A stretch of 64,000 nt of DNA. It comes from Magallana gigas. Taxonomy: Eukaryota. The notes beneath the pieces are model-generated. The model saw only the letters and a list, made by a program, of their open reading frames with translations. It ran no database searches and was not told the origin of the DNA. Below, one piece after another: positions 38,544-57,474 of this stretch (position 1 is the first letter of the stretch; each line of letters starts with the position of its first letter). The position numbers and the translations under genes are program-made. Location: positions 21,390,001 to 21,454,000 of the forward strand of contig NC_088855.1 of the NCBI RefSeq assembly GCF_963853765.1, read 5' to 3'.

Positions 38544-41500
38544 TTACAGCTTTGATAATTCCTTTAATGGGCCATGCCATTCTTCTTCTGAAAAATTAGA
38601 AGTTCAAAAATAAATTTCATCTTGGATGAGTACAAGACAATATGGACGTTACCTGATTAATTACAAACATTTGGATATCAACTACAGATTTTTCTTTAAC
38701 ATTCAGTTAAAGTTGCAATTATGTTTGAGTGCAAGTGTACTAAGTAAACTCTCCTGAAAGTTTTAAGGGATATTTGACTCCTTTTCAATTAAGCCATGTC
38801 CACATGTAGGAAAGTCACTGTAGTTGTATTGTTTACAAGATTTTGTATGATTGTGTATTTCGCTAAAGTTTAATTATTATCTAAAAACATTTAGAGTTAT
38901 CTTCCATTATCATATTGATATGTATTTTCTGCAGTTATCTTTCTTTTTTGAACCTAGAGTTATCCTTTCATTATATGATTTAGAGTTACTTTTCCTAATT
39001 GTTGACTTCCTGTTTGTTGTTTGTTATTCTCTTTTGAGAAGTGGACAGGCATAGCCTACATCCACTTCTCTTCGCAAGCTCTCATGTTTTGATTCTGGAA
39101 AACGTGTAAATGTCGGAACCAAAGACGGTTTACACTTCGAGCCATATTTCGACTCCAGTTTCACTGAATTTTCGTAACAGACCTATTATTTCTATATTTT
39201 AAACATAAATGCATCCATATAACACAAACAAATCACCACTAACCCGTTCTCAAATCATTTTCTCAACCTCAACATTCCGGGTTTAAATTATGAGATCACT
39301 CGCTATAGGTGGTTTAAAAAGTAGAAATTTTAGAGTCGGAAAAAACGGAAAATAGTGTTCCGATTGTAGACTTTAGATTAAAGGTATTTTTCTTAAAATT
39401 TACAGAGATATATAGAACGGTCTTACAATTTAAGACAAGTTAACAAAATGCATACGATAAAATAAGTAACTTTGTCACATAAAACAATGAAAACTCTTTA
39501 TTTTAATCTTTCTTGTATGCTATATTAATCAATGTTCGTTTTATTGTTTAAAATAGATGTAGAACAAAATTTGTCACCATAAAAGATGGTTAAAAAGGGA
39601 AGAAATACCACTTTGTAATTTATCGACTCAGTATTTGTTTGTATGTTGTAAGATTAAGTTGATTCAGTTACGTTTTCCACATTATTGTCGTAAATAGGTT
39701 TCCAATTTTATCCGAAACATAAACATTTAATCTGCGCTGACCTAGATAAACAGTGTGATACACAAAATTTAAACCCGGGATGTAGAAGTTGCGAAAATGA
39801 TTTGACAGCGGGTTAGTGTTGATTTTTTGTGATATATGGATGCATTTATGTTTAAAATATAGAAATAATAGGTCTGTTACGAAAATTCAGTGAAACTGGA
39901 GTCGAAACATGGCACGAAGTGTAAACCGTCTTTGGTTCCGACATTTACACGTTTTCCAGAATCAAAACATGAGGGCTTGCGAAGAGAAGTGGATGTAGGC
40001 TATGCCTGTCCACTTCTCAAAAGAGAATAGTTGTTTGTGTGACCCACACAAGGACACTTAGTTCACCCAACATGTTTTTCGTATTCCTATGCTGCCACAC
40101 ACTGTAAGTAGTTTTCTGTTGATTTATATTACATACGCGGCTATTCATTTATATGTTTACTGTTTCGTATTGTTATATAAATGCAGTTTATAAGTAAATT
40201 TCTCATTATCTCTAAAAAGTATGGAACGCCATAATTGTCATTGTCAATCTAAGTAAATAACGTACGTTTGTTACAATTTTCTATGGAAACCCATTTGTGT
40301 TAAAATTCATTGTTTTTTGGACCTTATCTTCAATACTGTTATTTTTTCATTTCTATTCTTTCATTACAATTATATTATATGCATTTTGTCTTTACATGTA
40401 CATTGTTTTTGAGAACGTATGAGTAATTCATACTTTGTTTTTGTTTCAGTTTTTTACCGCATACACAATAAATACGAAGCACTGGATTGTTGTGTTGGTT
40501 AACTATCTGTAGGCAAAGGCAGAATAGTAGTACATATGTAATATAAAATTACCACTCAAAGACTGTCATATTTTCATCGGGGATGCATTTTACAAAAGAA
40601 CTTCTGACAAAGTTGTAAATATTTTCAGTCTTGTGGAATGATTTTTGATGAACAAATTTTATAAAAACCATTAATTTACCCTTAATATTTTGATTTTAAT
40701 ACATGTAATTATATTTTACGGCCATTAAATTCAAAGATTCGTTAGTTTGTGATAATAAGCATTCATTAATTTGGTCATAAACTTCTGTAAAACGAAGCCA
40801 TAGTCTCTACCTGTACATAAAATCATAAGTCATACATTGTATGCTTGTACTTGCCTAATAACATTGCTAATATTGGAAATCTGTCTGATCCAAATATAGA
40901 TTCTTTCTTCCCATTTATGTGAGCCACAATCCATGGACTGCCAAAGGCCTGAAAAGATCAAGTTTTAAAGGTATTATTTTATTATTATTATATGTCTTAT
41001 TATTATATTGACATATAGAGCGCAAAATATACATAGTTTCTATGCGCTGCACAATGTACAATTTTGAGATCTCTCGCATATTATCAAGACTTACATTGTT
41101 TTTACATAGCTTCCTCCCAACTGTAAGCTCTTGACCTGCCCCTCAGGTATTTCACTCCCGACATTAGTTCAAATGTACTCACCCCTTCATCCAGGGCCTG
41201 TTTTGTGTACTGAGCAAGTCTGTCCTTCACATCTTGGTCCTTCATTCTTTTAAGTGCTGTTGCTATGGCATCATCACATAGTCCTGCTTTTTTTGCGGCC
41301 TTGAAAATATTGAATGAAATTGAGCAAATGAAAATCAAAGTATCATTGTTGAGAATATTAATGATTCCTTTTATTTTTACTTTTCTTGAAATTAACTTTC
41401 CAGTAATGTAAATTTCTTCTTGTTCAACATAAATTTATGTCTAAATTAAATTAATATCAGAAAAGTTTGCCATTAGTCTGAAGAGGGGTGATTCTTTTTC

Positions 41501-42557
41501 TTCTACACTTATTGAATAACTTACTAGAAAATGATTTCAAAATAATACTACATTAAAATGAATATTTCATTCATGAAGACACAGGCTTAATTTAAGTATA
41601 TACATGAACCAGTAATCAAATGATTTTGGAGTTGGTTGCATGTACTGGTAATTGCTTTTGTTCTTTTTTTCCTCAAATTAATTTAGAAGTAAACTATGCT
41701 TACACACATTAGTTTTTTCTCTTCTTCTAATATTAATTTGAGAAAAAAAAATCTTTTTCAATGTTTTTACCTCTGCATAATGCTGGGGGTCAGTGACTGG
41801 TTCATCCTGTAAAAGAAACAGATTCATGTTTGACATACTGTGATGTAGAACCATTTTAACAAGACCTTGGACTTTCAGTAGGACGTAGCTATCTAATTCT
41901 TGCATCAACGTGGTTTCAAGCGAAATTTGCACCGATTGCATAGTCGTAGCTCAAAAGCCAGACAAATCTTGTTGATTTCAGAGAGCCGTGGCTGACAATG
42001 AAATAGACAAGCCTACGTCACATTACTGTTTGACAAAACTACCCAAAGTCCAAGCTCTTGATAAAATTACCAGGGATTAGCTTATTTCCTTATTTCAGTA
42101 ATGTTATCATACATGTCTTGGGAGTCACCAAACATACTTAACCCTTGTGTAATTGACTAAAGTGATTTCTATTTGCAGATACCTTCCTCAACATATGCTT
42201 TATTATACATATATAGCTAGTTTTATTTTACAAGCATTTACTGGAAATGTTTTTGAGATATTATTAGTTGATGCATCTAGATGTTTTCATTTAATTTCTA
42301 CAAAAATAGACATTTTTTTTTTCAAAAAATTTACCAGTATATTTACATATAATAATTGATAGGCTATGAATATTTCCTATGAACCAAATCAAAAGAATGT
42401 ACAAGAAAAACCTTGTAAATCTAAATCAACATACATTTTTCCAAATTCGGAACCAGAATTGCCGAGAGAGTTCCTCTGTGTACTCAGGATGGGCGATGTC
42501 CACAGCTGTTAGTAACCTCTGGACGGGAAGAGTCCCAAACATCACGCTGCCAAAGTC
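38544..42557 (-). CDS. Tandem duplicate of GST kappa exons 4-8: 42557-42435, 41806-41771, 41299-41183, 40948-40855, 38587-38544. It has no exons 1-3 of its own.
   Basis: All five exons have the same lengths as in the full gene, open frames and intact splice sites. Two amino acid changes in exon 4 (F>L, M>I); the other differences checked are synonymous. Confidence 0.8.
39025..40029. mobile_element. MITE/foldback element of about 1 kb with TIRs of about 260 bp and a probable TA target duplication
   Basis: tattctcttttgagaagtggacaggcatagcctacatcc... is mirrored by ...ggatgtaggctatgcctgtccacttctcaaaagagaata. A fragment of the same end lies at 50902-50940. Confidence 0.9.
41845..42056 (-). repeat. 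Dispersed repeat, inverted copy of 11283-11512, inserted in intron 4 of the duplicated GSTK segment
   Basis: Absent from the equivalent intron of the full gene (empty site near 46225). Confidence 0.8.
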
Positions 42558-44313
42558 CTGACCCACAGGACAGAAAAGAATTAATTCAAATTTTTTTTTT
42601 TTTAGGGGGGGGGGGGAGATCAACTTTTTTAAATCTTACAGTTATTCATGAAAATAAATAATAAATTAAAGTCCCTTCAGTATTCAAACTCGGGACCTGC
42701 GAGTCGGTAGGTCTAGGCTACACCCATTGAGCCACAGACAGAGTTATTCAACTGGTTTGTATCCACACACCGTTGCAGTTATGATACCACATCTTTAAAA
42801 AAATTATGATTCAACACCTAAATAAAGTCAAATTAAGCGACAGCACACCGATCTAATGCAGACCCTATCTTAATGTATGGAACCTGTATAATAGGGCCCA
42901 CTCAGTGCCCTGGCGCCAAAAATAGGCACCTATATCGCCACTTTTGAGACCAGATTCCGTCAGGGGACACTTGTAACCTTGAGGACCGGGTCTCAGCTAA
43001 ATGGCATACCTCCTAGTTTGGGCGCTAGGCGCCCCGTTTAGAGACCCTATCTAAATTTACGGAACCTGTACGATACATGTAGGGTCAATTCGGTGCCCTG
43101 ACGCAAAAAATCGGTAATTATATCGCCACTTTTGAGACTGGATTTCGTGGTGTATGGAGACAAAATATATTTTCTCTTCAAACTTATAACATGTACATGT
43201 ACTTTCTATAGACAGCAAGTTAAACAAAGCATTACATATCCGGCATTTTTGCAATAATCTTCCTTTTTTAAATAAATTAATGAAACTGTTCATGACCAAA
43301 TTAATGTTTGAAATTAAATTAAAAAACATGCAGGTCAATTAATATGTAAATGTGCTTTTATGCAATTTATATTGTAACATTAAATAAAAGTAAATATCAA
43401 TTGGAAATAGATATGTTTTATTTATTTTATTGTCAATCTTCCCTCACAGGAACTGTGATATAGACTAAGTAAGTAGACCCTGACAACGTTTTCCAAATCC
43501 TTTGAATTCCATGTTGACTGGTCCTCTGTCTAGTATATATCGCGCATATCAGACAGACATTGCCAGTCTAAATTCCATGATGATGCTAAGTGGAAGGGGT
43601 CGGTCCTGTCCCAAGCACCTGTGTTCACGATTTGTATCATTTTGTGGAGAAAAACTATGTCACAAACACAGTGAATGTAATAGACCATCATAGAAAAATT
43701 TCCAAAATACAATTACATGTGTATAACTTTATACTGGTACATGTACATGGAACCATTAGATTACAAAACAAGGTCAGAGTGACCTGCTTCTAAAAGTACC
43801 AAACCTTTTCTTTGAGATTCGTAGAGATTCTAAGACTCGCATTGCCCAAGAAATGATCCAGACATGATTTGAGTATGTACAGTAAGATTCCACTACAAGG
43901 CCAACATGACCTACTTTTGGGTTGTGACACGGCCTCCCTAAAAACATGCATCAGCTAACCAGGTTTCAACCATTCTAGACCCACAGTGTAAAAGATATGA
44001 CTTGGACACAAAAAACAAAAAATAAAAAGGACAATGTCAAAAGACATGCATTTAATAATAAAATGCAACTGCATCAATTTCATTTTTATTATCGGCAAAA
44101 CATAGTACATGTACAAAGTAATTACAAAATAATGTATCACAGATTCAATCACACCAATTACTTCTTTCACTAGGATTATTATTGGTTTATGGTACATTGT
44201 ACCAGCATACATGTATGTAGTTACACACAACTCATAATTCCTGCCGTTTATGACTTTGCTGCCACCGCTTAGTTTGACCTCAAAGAATTTTCCAAAGCAC
44301 ATGCCTTGCTTAT

Positions 44314-51206
<6,893 letters not shown>

Positions 51207-52506
51207 CTTTGTTTTTATGAACAACTGTTACCTCAAATGTTTCGTGTATAACATTTGAAAAAAATATTTTCGATACATTTATTCACGTTAATTAAAAAAA
51301 TGTATCTCTCATCTTTGATTTAAAGTAAATTTATCTATAGAAAGATATGATTATGCACTCAATTTATTCATTTTTATTTTTTCAAAGTTTTTCTGATGTA
51401 ATTTACTATTACATGTACTTTGAATTTTGATACATATTGAAATAGTTTTTTTGTCAATTTATATGTAAAATCTGGCATTTCAAACACAACATCAATATTA
51501 ATTATGATTATATATTTTTTTTTAGAACATTACTTCATATGACTCATATTTTTTATTTCTCTTATGCAATCAAGCCGGAAAACTTACTTTGGTCATAAAA
51601 TCTTCGAAACAGAAGGTTTTAAAAATATGTTTATGGTACATGTATGCCAAAAAAGCATAACAACTTCTGAATCTTTTTAAAACCGACAAGGAGTTTTTTT
51701 TAATTGTTTTACGCGAGGTCGTAATTTTTTTTTACTCAAAAGAATAAACAAGATACACATGTATAGATCTATCCTTTTTCTAAGAGATATATCTTACAAA
51801 CTTTGAGAAATATCTTTTCTGAAATAGATTTTGGGCCACGTTTGGTGAAGAAAATAGTAATACAGAAGAAGAAACGTCGAATTTACATTTTTTTATCTAT
51901 TCATGCAATTTGTAAATTGCGATAATTAAACAATGAATTAGCACTTTCAAACATATTGGTCCACACTACTTTACGAAATAAACATCTTTTAAAAAAGAAG
52001 TACATGTACTAGTCCACATAAATGAATATTTAATGAATTCATAACTTTTAATTTTCTTATGACGGTCTTTTTTTCTGAAGGGGGGGGGGGTTGGTTGGTA
52101 GTGAGGATGCCGTATTTTTTTCCATATTAACAATAAAAGGATCGAATGTGGTCCTATCTGGACCCTCCAATTTTAACGTAATTTCTACCGACATCTAACT
52201 ATGCATGTCGCAACCAGCCCTTGTACATGTGAACAAAGTTTTAATGCAAATATGTACTGTTTGAAAAAGGGAAAATCTAGAAAGCTAAGGGAAGTACATT
52301 GTACCTAGATATGAATCAATATCATACGAATTACAGCAAACATATAACACAGTTTCGTTAAATTAAATTGAAAAGCAAAAAATGCCACTCCTAAAAAGTC
52401 TAAAGAGCTTGTTATTTTTTTAAACGAACTCGTTGAAATAAAGATATAGATAAGACACATAGAATTTGGTTTATCCTGTTTATTTAGATAGCACCAACAA
52501 TCTCAT

Positions 52507-53327
52507 CTAGTAGTAGCCTCCCTTTTTACCTCCTCCTCCTCCTCCCCATCTGCAAATCAAAAACAAAAANNNNNNNNNNNNNNNNNNNNNNNNNNNNNNN
52601 NNNNNNNNNNNNNNNNNNNNNNNNNNNNNNNNNNNNNNNNNNNNNNNNNNNNNNNNNNNNNNNNNNNNNNNNNNNNNNNNNNNNNNNNNNNNNNNNNNNN
52701 NNNNNNNNTGTTGCAACAAACTATATCCACAGTAGCCCTGGCTGTATTCCCCACGGAAACAGTACTGTCTGCACTGACAGTTTCTGCCAATTCCACCGCT
52801 TCCACCTCCAGGGTACCAGTTTCCACCGCCAGGGTACCAGTTTCCTCCGCCGGGGTACCAGTCATCGTTACCTGGGTACCACCCGCCTCCACCTCCGGGA
52901 TATCCACCACCAGGATAGTTGAAGGCAGAAACTGAGAAAAAGGAAATACAGATATTTAAAAGTAGTCATTGTATTTTCCATTTGCAAGTATTTTGATTAT
53001 GCTTTGTTTTGAAATAAACAGTTTTTTAAATTTTGCACGAAAGACATCTTGAAACAGAAAAACATAATATGTTGAGTGTCACTGGCTGTTCAAAGAGTTC
53101 AATCTTACAAAAAGTGCAGTAAACTAGATTGTGCAAGAAAAGGTAGGCCACACTAAAAGAATTAAAGATACTCCCCCCCCCCCAAAAAAAAAAAAAAAAA
53201 AAAAATTTAAAAAAATTTAAAATAAAAATATGAAAACAATTTGAACTCGTAAAAGACTAAACATTTTCTTACCGGAGACTACAGCAATGCAGAGTACTGC
53301 TAGGGAAACAAAGTGAGAGATGGCCAT
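52507..53327 (-). CDS. Small secreted Gly/Trp/Tyr/Pro-rich peptide with a Cys motif. Exons 53327-53273, 52931-(gap at 52708), 52549-52507.
   Basis: Signal-peptide-like MAISHFVSLAVLCIAVVS|VSA, then FNYPGGGYPGGGGGWYPGNDDWYPGGGNWYPGGGNWYPGGGSGGIGRNCQCRQYCFRGEYSQGYCGYSLLQ [gap] WGGGGGGKKGGYY*. Clean splice sites and an upstream TATA box. Confidence 0.82.
52570..52708. other. Assembly gap (N run) hiding the end of exon 2 of the Gly-rich peptide
   Basis: Run of N. Confidence 1.
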
Positions 53328-53384
53328 TGTTGTTACGTCGTGCTTCCAGACAATTCGAATATAGGGAGGGAGTGCCAGGGGTCC

Positions 53385-53393
53385 TTATATATA
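53385..53393 (-). promoter_or_regulatory. TATA box of the Gly-rich peptide gene
   Basis: TATATATAA on the minus strand, about 60 bp upstream of the ATG. Confidence 0.65.
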
Positions 53394-55047
53394 CACAGAT
53401 CTACCTAGCGTGACCCCGGGGTCACTGGAATTGACCGCTAGTTTCCTCTTTCCATCACAAAGAGTAATGATGAAATATTACTGTTGTATAAAGGCTTAAT
53501 TATTATTATCATAAAACTTATGAATTCCCATTACTAGTAATTGTGGCCATGTTTGGGGGTATGATGAATGTTCTGATACGTGTAAACACGTTGTTTTCAC
53601 GCAAAAATGTTTATGTAGAACTCTAGATATATATATTATTCTTCTCTATATCAGAATTATTGAAATTGATAGCACTCACTCTTCCTATGTGAGTAACGCA
53701 CTATCAACGCACGGTCATTGTATTTTTGATATGAATGTAAAGCTAGAGATTTTAGTTTATATTTTTGTTGTTGTTTTCATTAACATTATTGATTAATTAT
53801 CATCATTATCATTAATAAAAAAATGCTGTAAAAAAAGTAAGAATAAAAACGTTTATCGTAAACGTCATATTTGAACACACTTTTCATATTTATCTTTGCA
53901 AATTTATTAATTATACTAAATTTACTAACTCTCTAGTCATGAAAAAAAATAAATCCAATAATTATATTTTAGATATTAAATGCATGATTACTAGCTTCCT
54001 TGTCTTTTTTTCTGATCGCGTGCGATTGTACTGGAACTATAAAAATGTCGGAAACAACTATTTCATTACATATCTTAAGTATGAATGATTCATGATGACG
54101 TTTCTACATATGTATCTATCTTATATTCATTAAGCAGTCAATCTTTACTGAAGTGACCGGGGAGTCGTTAACTCAGACATTATATTGGCATTAACACTTA
54201 TGTAGACCTATATGGCTATTTTTCACGATGAACTATCATGAGTAATTGCACTTACGATCCCCACAAACAAAGAAAATACTAGGTGTACACAATACGATCA
54301 TCCGTGTTCGCTAGATTTATCATCTTTGACATAGAAGGGGATTCACCACACGTTTATTTACCCCCCCCCCCCCAGTGACCCCACCCCCTTTATAAACTCC
54401 TTCCCAAAGTTATTCACACCTTATATATACACTGTATATTACATGTATATGGACAAATATTATGTTTCTTTCATGTATGTGCGTAATCCCTCCACCCCAT
54501 TGTAGATTTTTTTTCTTTTTCGTTGGACAACTACATGTGCAGCTGTATATTAAATGAAGTATGCTTTAACCCCCACTCTACCCCAATCCCCTCTCCCTTC
54601 CCCTGTAGAAAATAGGCTAGTCGTTTCTTCATATAGGAATAGTTTTTATGAAACTATTATTTAAAAACCTTTTTAACAACAATTTCTCTTTTAAGTTAAT
54701 AAAAAATCGGGTGTAAACATATTACATTGAATTCTTCCTCAAGGATCTCCGCATTTTATACATAATACATGCGTTCATGTCTGTTAATAAAATATGTGTA
54801 CTGTCATGAACAAAATAATAAATTACACATATCCATACAAGTGTTATGGAAATTCAGCCCCCCCCCCCAAAAAAAAAAATAAATAAATAAAAATCTCAAT
54901 TAGCTTGATATACAAGTTTTAGAAGAAATATCATTGAATAGGATAGGATAGGATAGGAAATACTACTCAAAACTTTAAGAAAAATTTAGCCATACTAATC
55001 TTGCTATAATTTCCAAAATCCTTATACAATTAAGTTACAACTAGCAT

Positions 55048-57474
55048 AACAAGAGGCCAAATAAATAAGCCGCCATTGGGGCCACATCGTTCACCTCCTT
55101 GGTAGAATAACAAAAAATTAATATTGTAAAATATTAGAATTTTTTTTTTGCAAACATTTAATCTTTGACTTTGTACCTTTATGCAATACAATTTTTACCA
55201 CAAATAAGAAAATCCTATGCAAGATATAAAAGTAAACTATTGGTAGGGGTACCCTGTTAACTTCCAATTCCCTATATTTTCGTTTTGCCCCCTACTCCCC
55301 CCCCCCCCCCCCTTCCCACTATATAAAGCGATCAAAATATTTAAGAGCATATAGGTACCTTAAAACTTACTAGTTTTTTTTTTATTTTTAAACAATTTAT
55401 TATAATATTTATTGTTCTGTATTACACCAGTTGGTGGAAAGAACTATATGGGAAGAAGATTTTATTTTATTTAAAACATTCCTATAGATGTGAAGAATAA
55501 AACTGTGCCTCAATGCACTCAATTCCTCAAATTAAAAACATTCAAAAATTTAATTGGTCTTCCCCATCATAAACGACTGTTGTTTACCTGGCGTAAACTC
55601 GTGTGACTTTTTAACCTTACTCAATGATTGATGAATACATTGGAATGAAAAGTGTCACGTGACATGTAAAAGAGTTATTATAGTCAATGTATTGACAGGC
55701 ATATCACTGTATTTTACTAAGACCCACCCATTATTTTCATCTTTATTCAAAAATAACAAATGGCTGCAAACCAGGATGATTTACGCTGTAATATTTTCTT
55801 AGGAATAGTGATAATGCCTTTATCCCCGTAACAAAATGTGGTCAGAACTATAGAAACTGTTTTAACGGTGTCGTTTTTATTAACTTGAGTCTGAAAAACT
55901 ATTAAATTTAATGTGGAATTCATATAATTCTGAATCATCGTATAAAAAGGGGGCACCAGAGAGTAGTTACAGCATATCATTTTTTGTACAAGTATTTAAC
56001 GTTTAGCGAGACATTTCTAATGTATGATCAACTAAAACTTAGAATTATAAGCAAGATACAGAGCTCACAATTTTGCTAGATTTTTAACTTGGTATTTCCT
56101 TTTCAGCATCTAAAATGTAAACAAACAAATGGCGTCATATTTGTGTACAAAGCTCTGTATCCCAGCAGGCATTTCAACGTTGTATCAACGTTGAAACAAC
56201 GTCACCCTTCAACGTTGAAATGACGTTGAAAATTAGGTTATACAGTTCAGAAGCCATCTCTATACAAAGAGTTAAATGATGAAATTTCAACCATATTTCA
56301 ACCAAATTTAGACATTGTATAAACGTCAGAAGACATTGAATCAACGTTGAAACAACGTCAGAATTCACCGTTGAATCAACGTCGGAATTTCAACGTCCAT
56401 TCAACTTTATTTTTCAATCAATTTTCAACGTCATTTCAACGTTGAAGGGTGACGTTGTTTCAACGTTGATACAACGTTGAAATGCCTGATGGGGTGCACT
56501 CAAACAAAGAGCACAATTTATTTTTCAAAATAAATCATATATATAGATATATTTATATATATCTAGCACATATTTCTGTCAGCGATTTTAACTCTGTTTA
56601 AACTGCATTGTATCAATGAACCACATTACGCAAAAGATCATACCGAATTCCCAATAGAATGAATTGTATTTTAGTACTTTGTTAATACATCAGATTTTGC
56701 TTATTTGCGCAGGTAAACAGTTTTGATTTGATACGTAAATATAACAAAAAAACAGGCGATAGTTCCCAGGTAACAAAGCATAAATAATATGAAAATGAAC
56801 GAAAATCAAAACAAGCTATAATCACACAACCGTCAAATGTGAAAATTTCAACGCATTGAAATATTTAACCTCAATTTACTTCACAAAATCGGAACCAATA
56901 TATCTTGCATGTTTCAAAGATTCTCTTCGCACGCGAACTGATGCACAGCATTTGTCAGATCGAGCCGTTTATCATTCAACATGCCTGCTTTAAACAAAGA
57001 ACCTACTTTTGCACCGTTCCGTTTTTAGAAGAATGGAATACCGAACTCGACGTTATAATCGGATCGAAAGAGGCATTTCCTTTACTATTATTTTCGTAAT
57101 AACTCAGATTTGAAACAGAATTAGCCCATAATTTTTGCAATTTATAGTCTCCTTTCCATATAAGGATTATTTATGCTTAATTACGTGGATTTTGACTCAG
57201 TAGTTCTTAAGAAGAAGATTTTTAAAAATGCACCCCTTTTTCTACAATTTCGAGGGTTTTACCGCTTTGAATAATGATCGGTCTTTCATTTCTGCAATTT
57301 ATATTTGCCTTCGCATAAGGATTCTTTGTACAAAATTTGGTTGAAATTGGTCAAGGGTTTTAGAGAAGAAGTTCAAATTGTAAAAAGTTTACAGACCGAC
57401 GGACAGACAGACGGACGACTGACAAAATGTGATCAGAATAGCTTACTTAAGCTTTCAGCCCAGGTGAGCTAAAA
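55048..57474 (-). mobile_element. HINE/Helentron-like element, or two remnants, with nested insertions
   Basis: Left end aacaagaggcc...gggccacatcgttcacct; right end gctttcagcccaggtgagctaaaa; GACA/GACG microsatellite at about 57395-57422 and a satellite-like monomer beside it. The interior is heterogeneous. Confidence 0.55.
56161..56493. mobile_element. Foldback MITE with TIRs of about 75 bp built from TCAACGTTGA palindromes
   Basis: cccagcaggcatttcaacgttgtatcaacgttgaaacaacgtcacccttcaacgttgaaatgacgttgaaaatt is mirrored at the right end. Confidence 0.88.

Noticed and set aside
37991-38580. Short ORFs duplicated at 43955-44350
   Set aside because: They overlap the GSTK last exon and 3' UTR in both copies. 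Their repetition reflects the segmental duplication.
52557-52935. ORF-track products MVDIPEVEAGG... and MQQTISTV...
   Set aside because: Alternative frame and opposite strand of the Gly-rich exon. Splice phase from the signal-peptide exon selects the WYPGGG frame.
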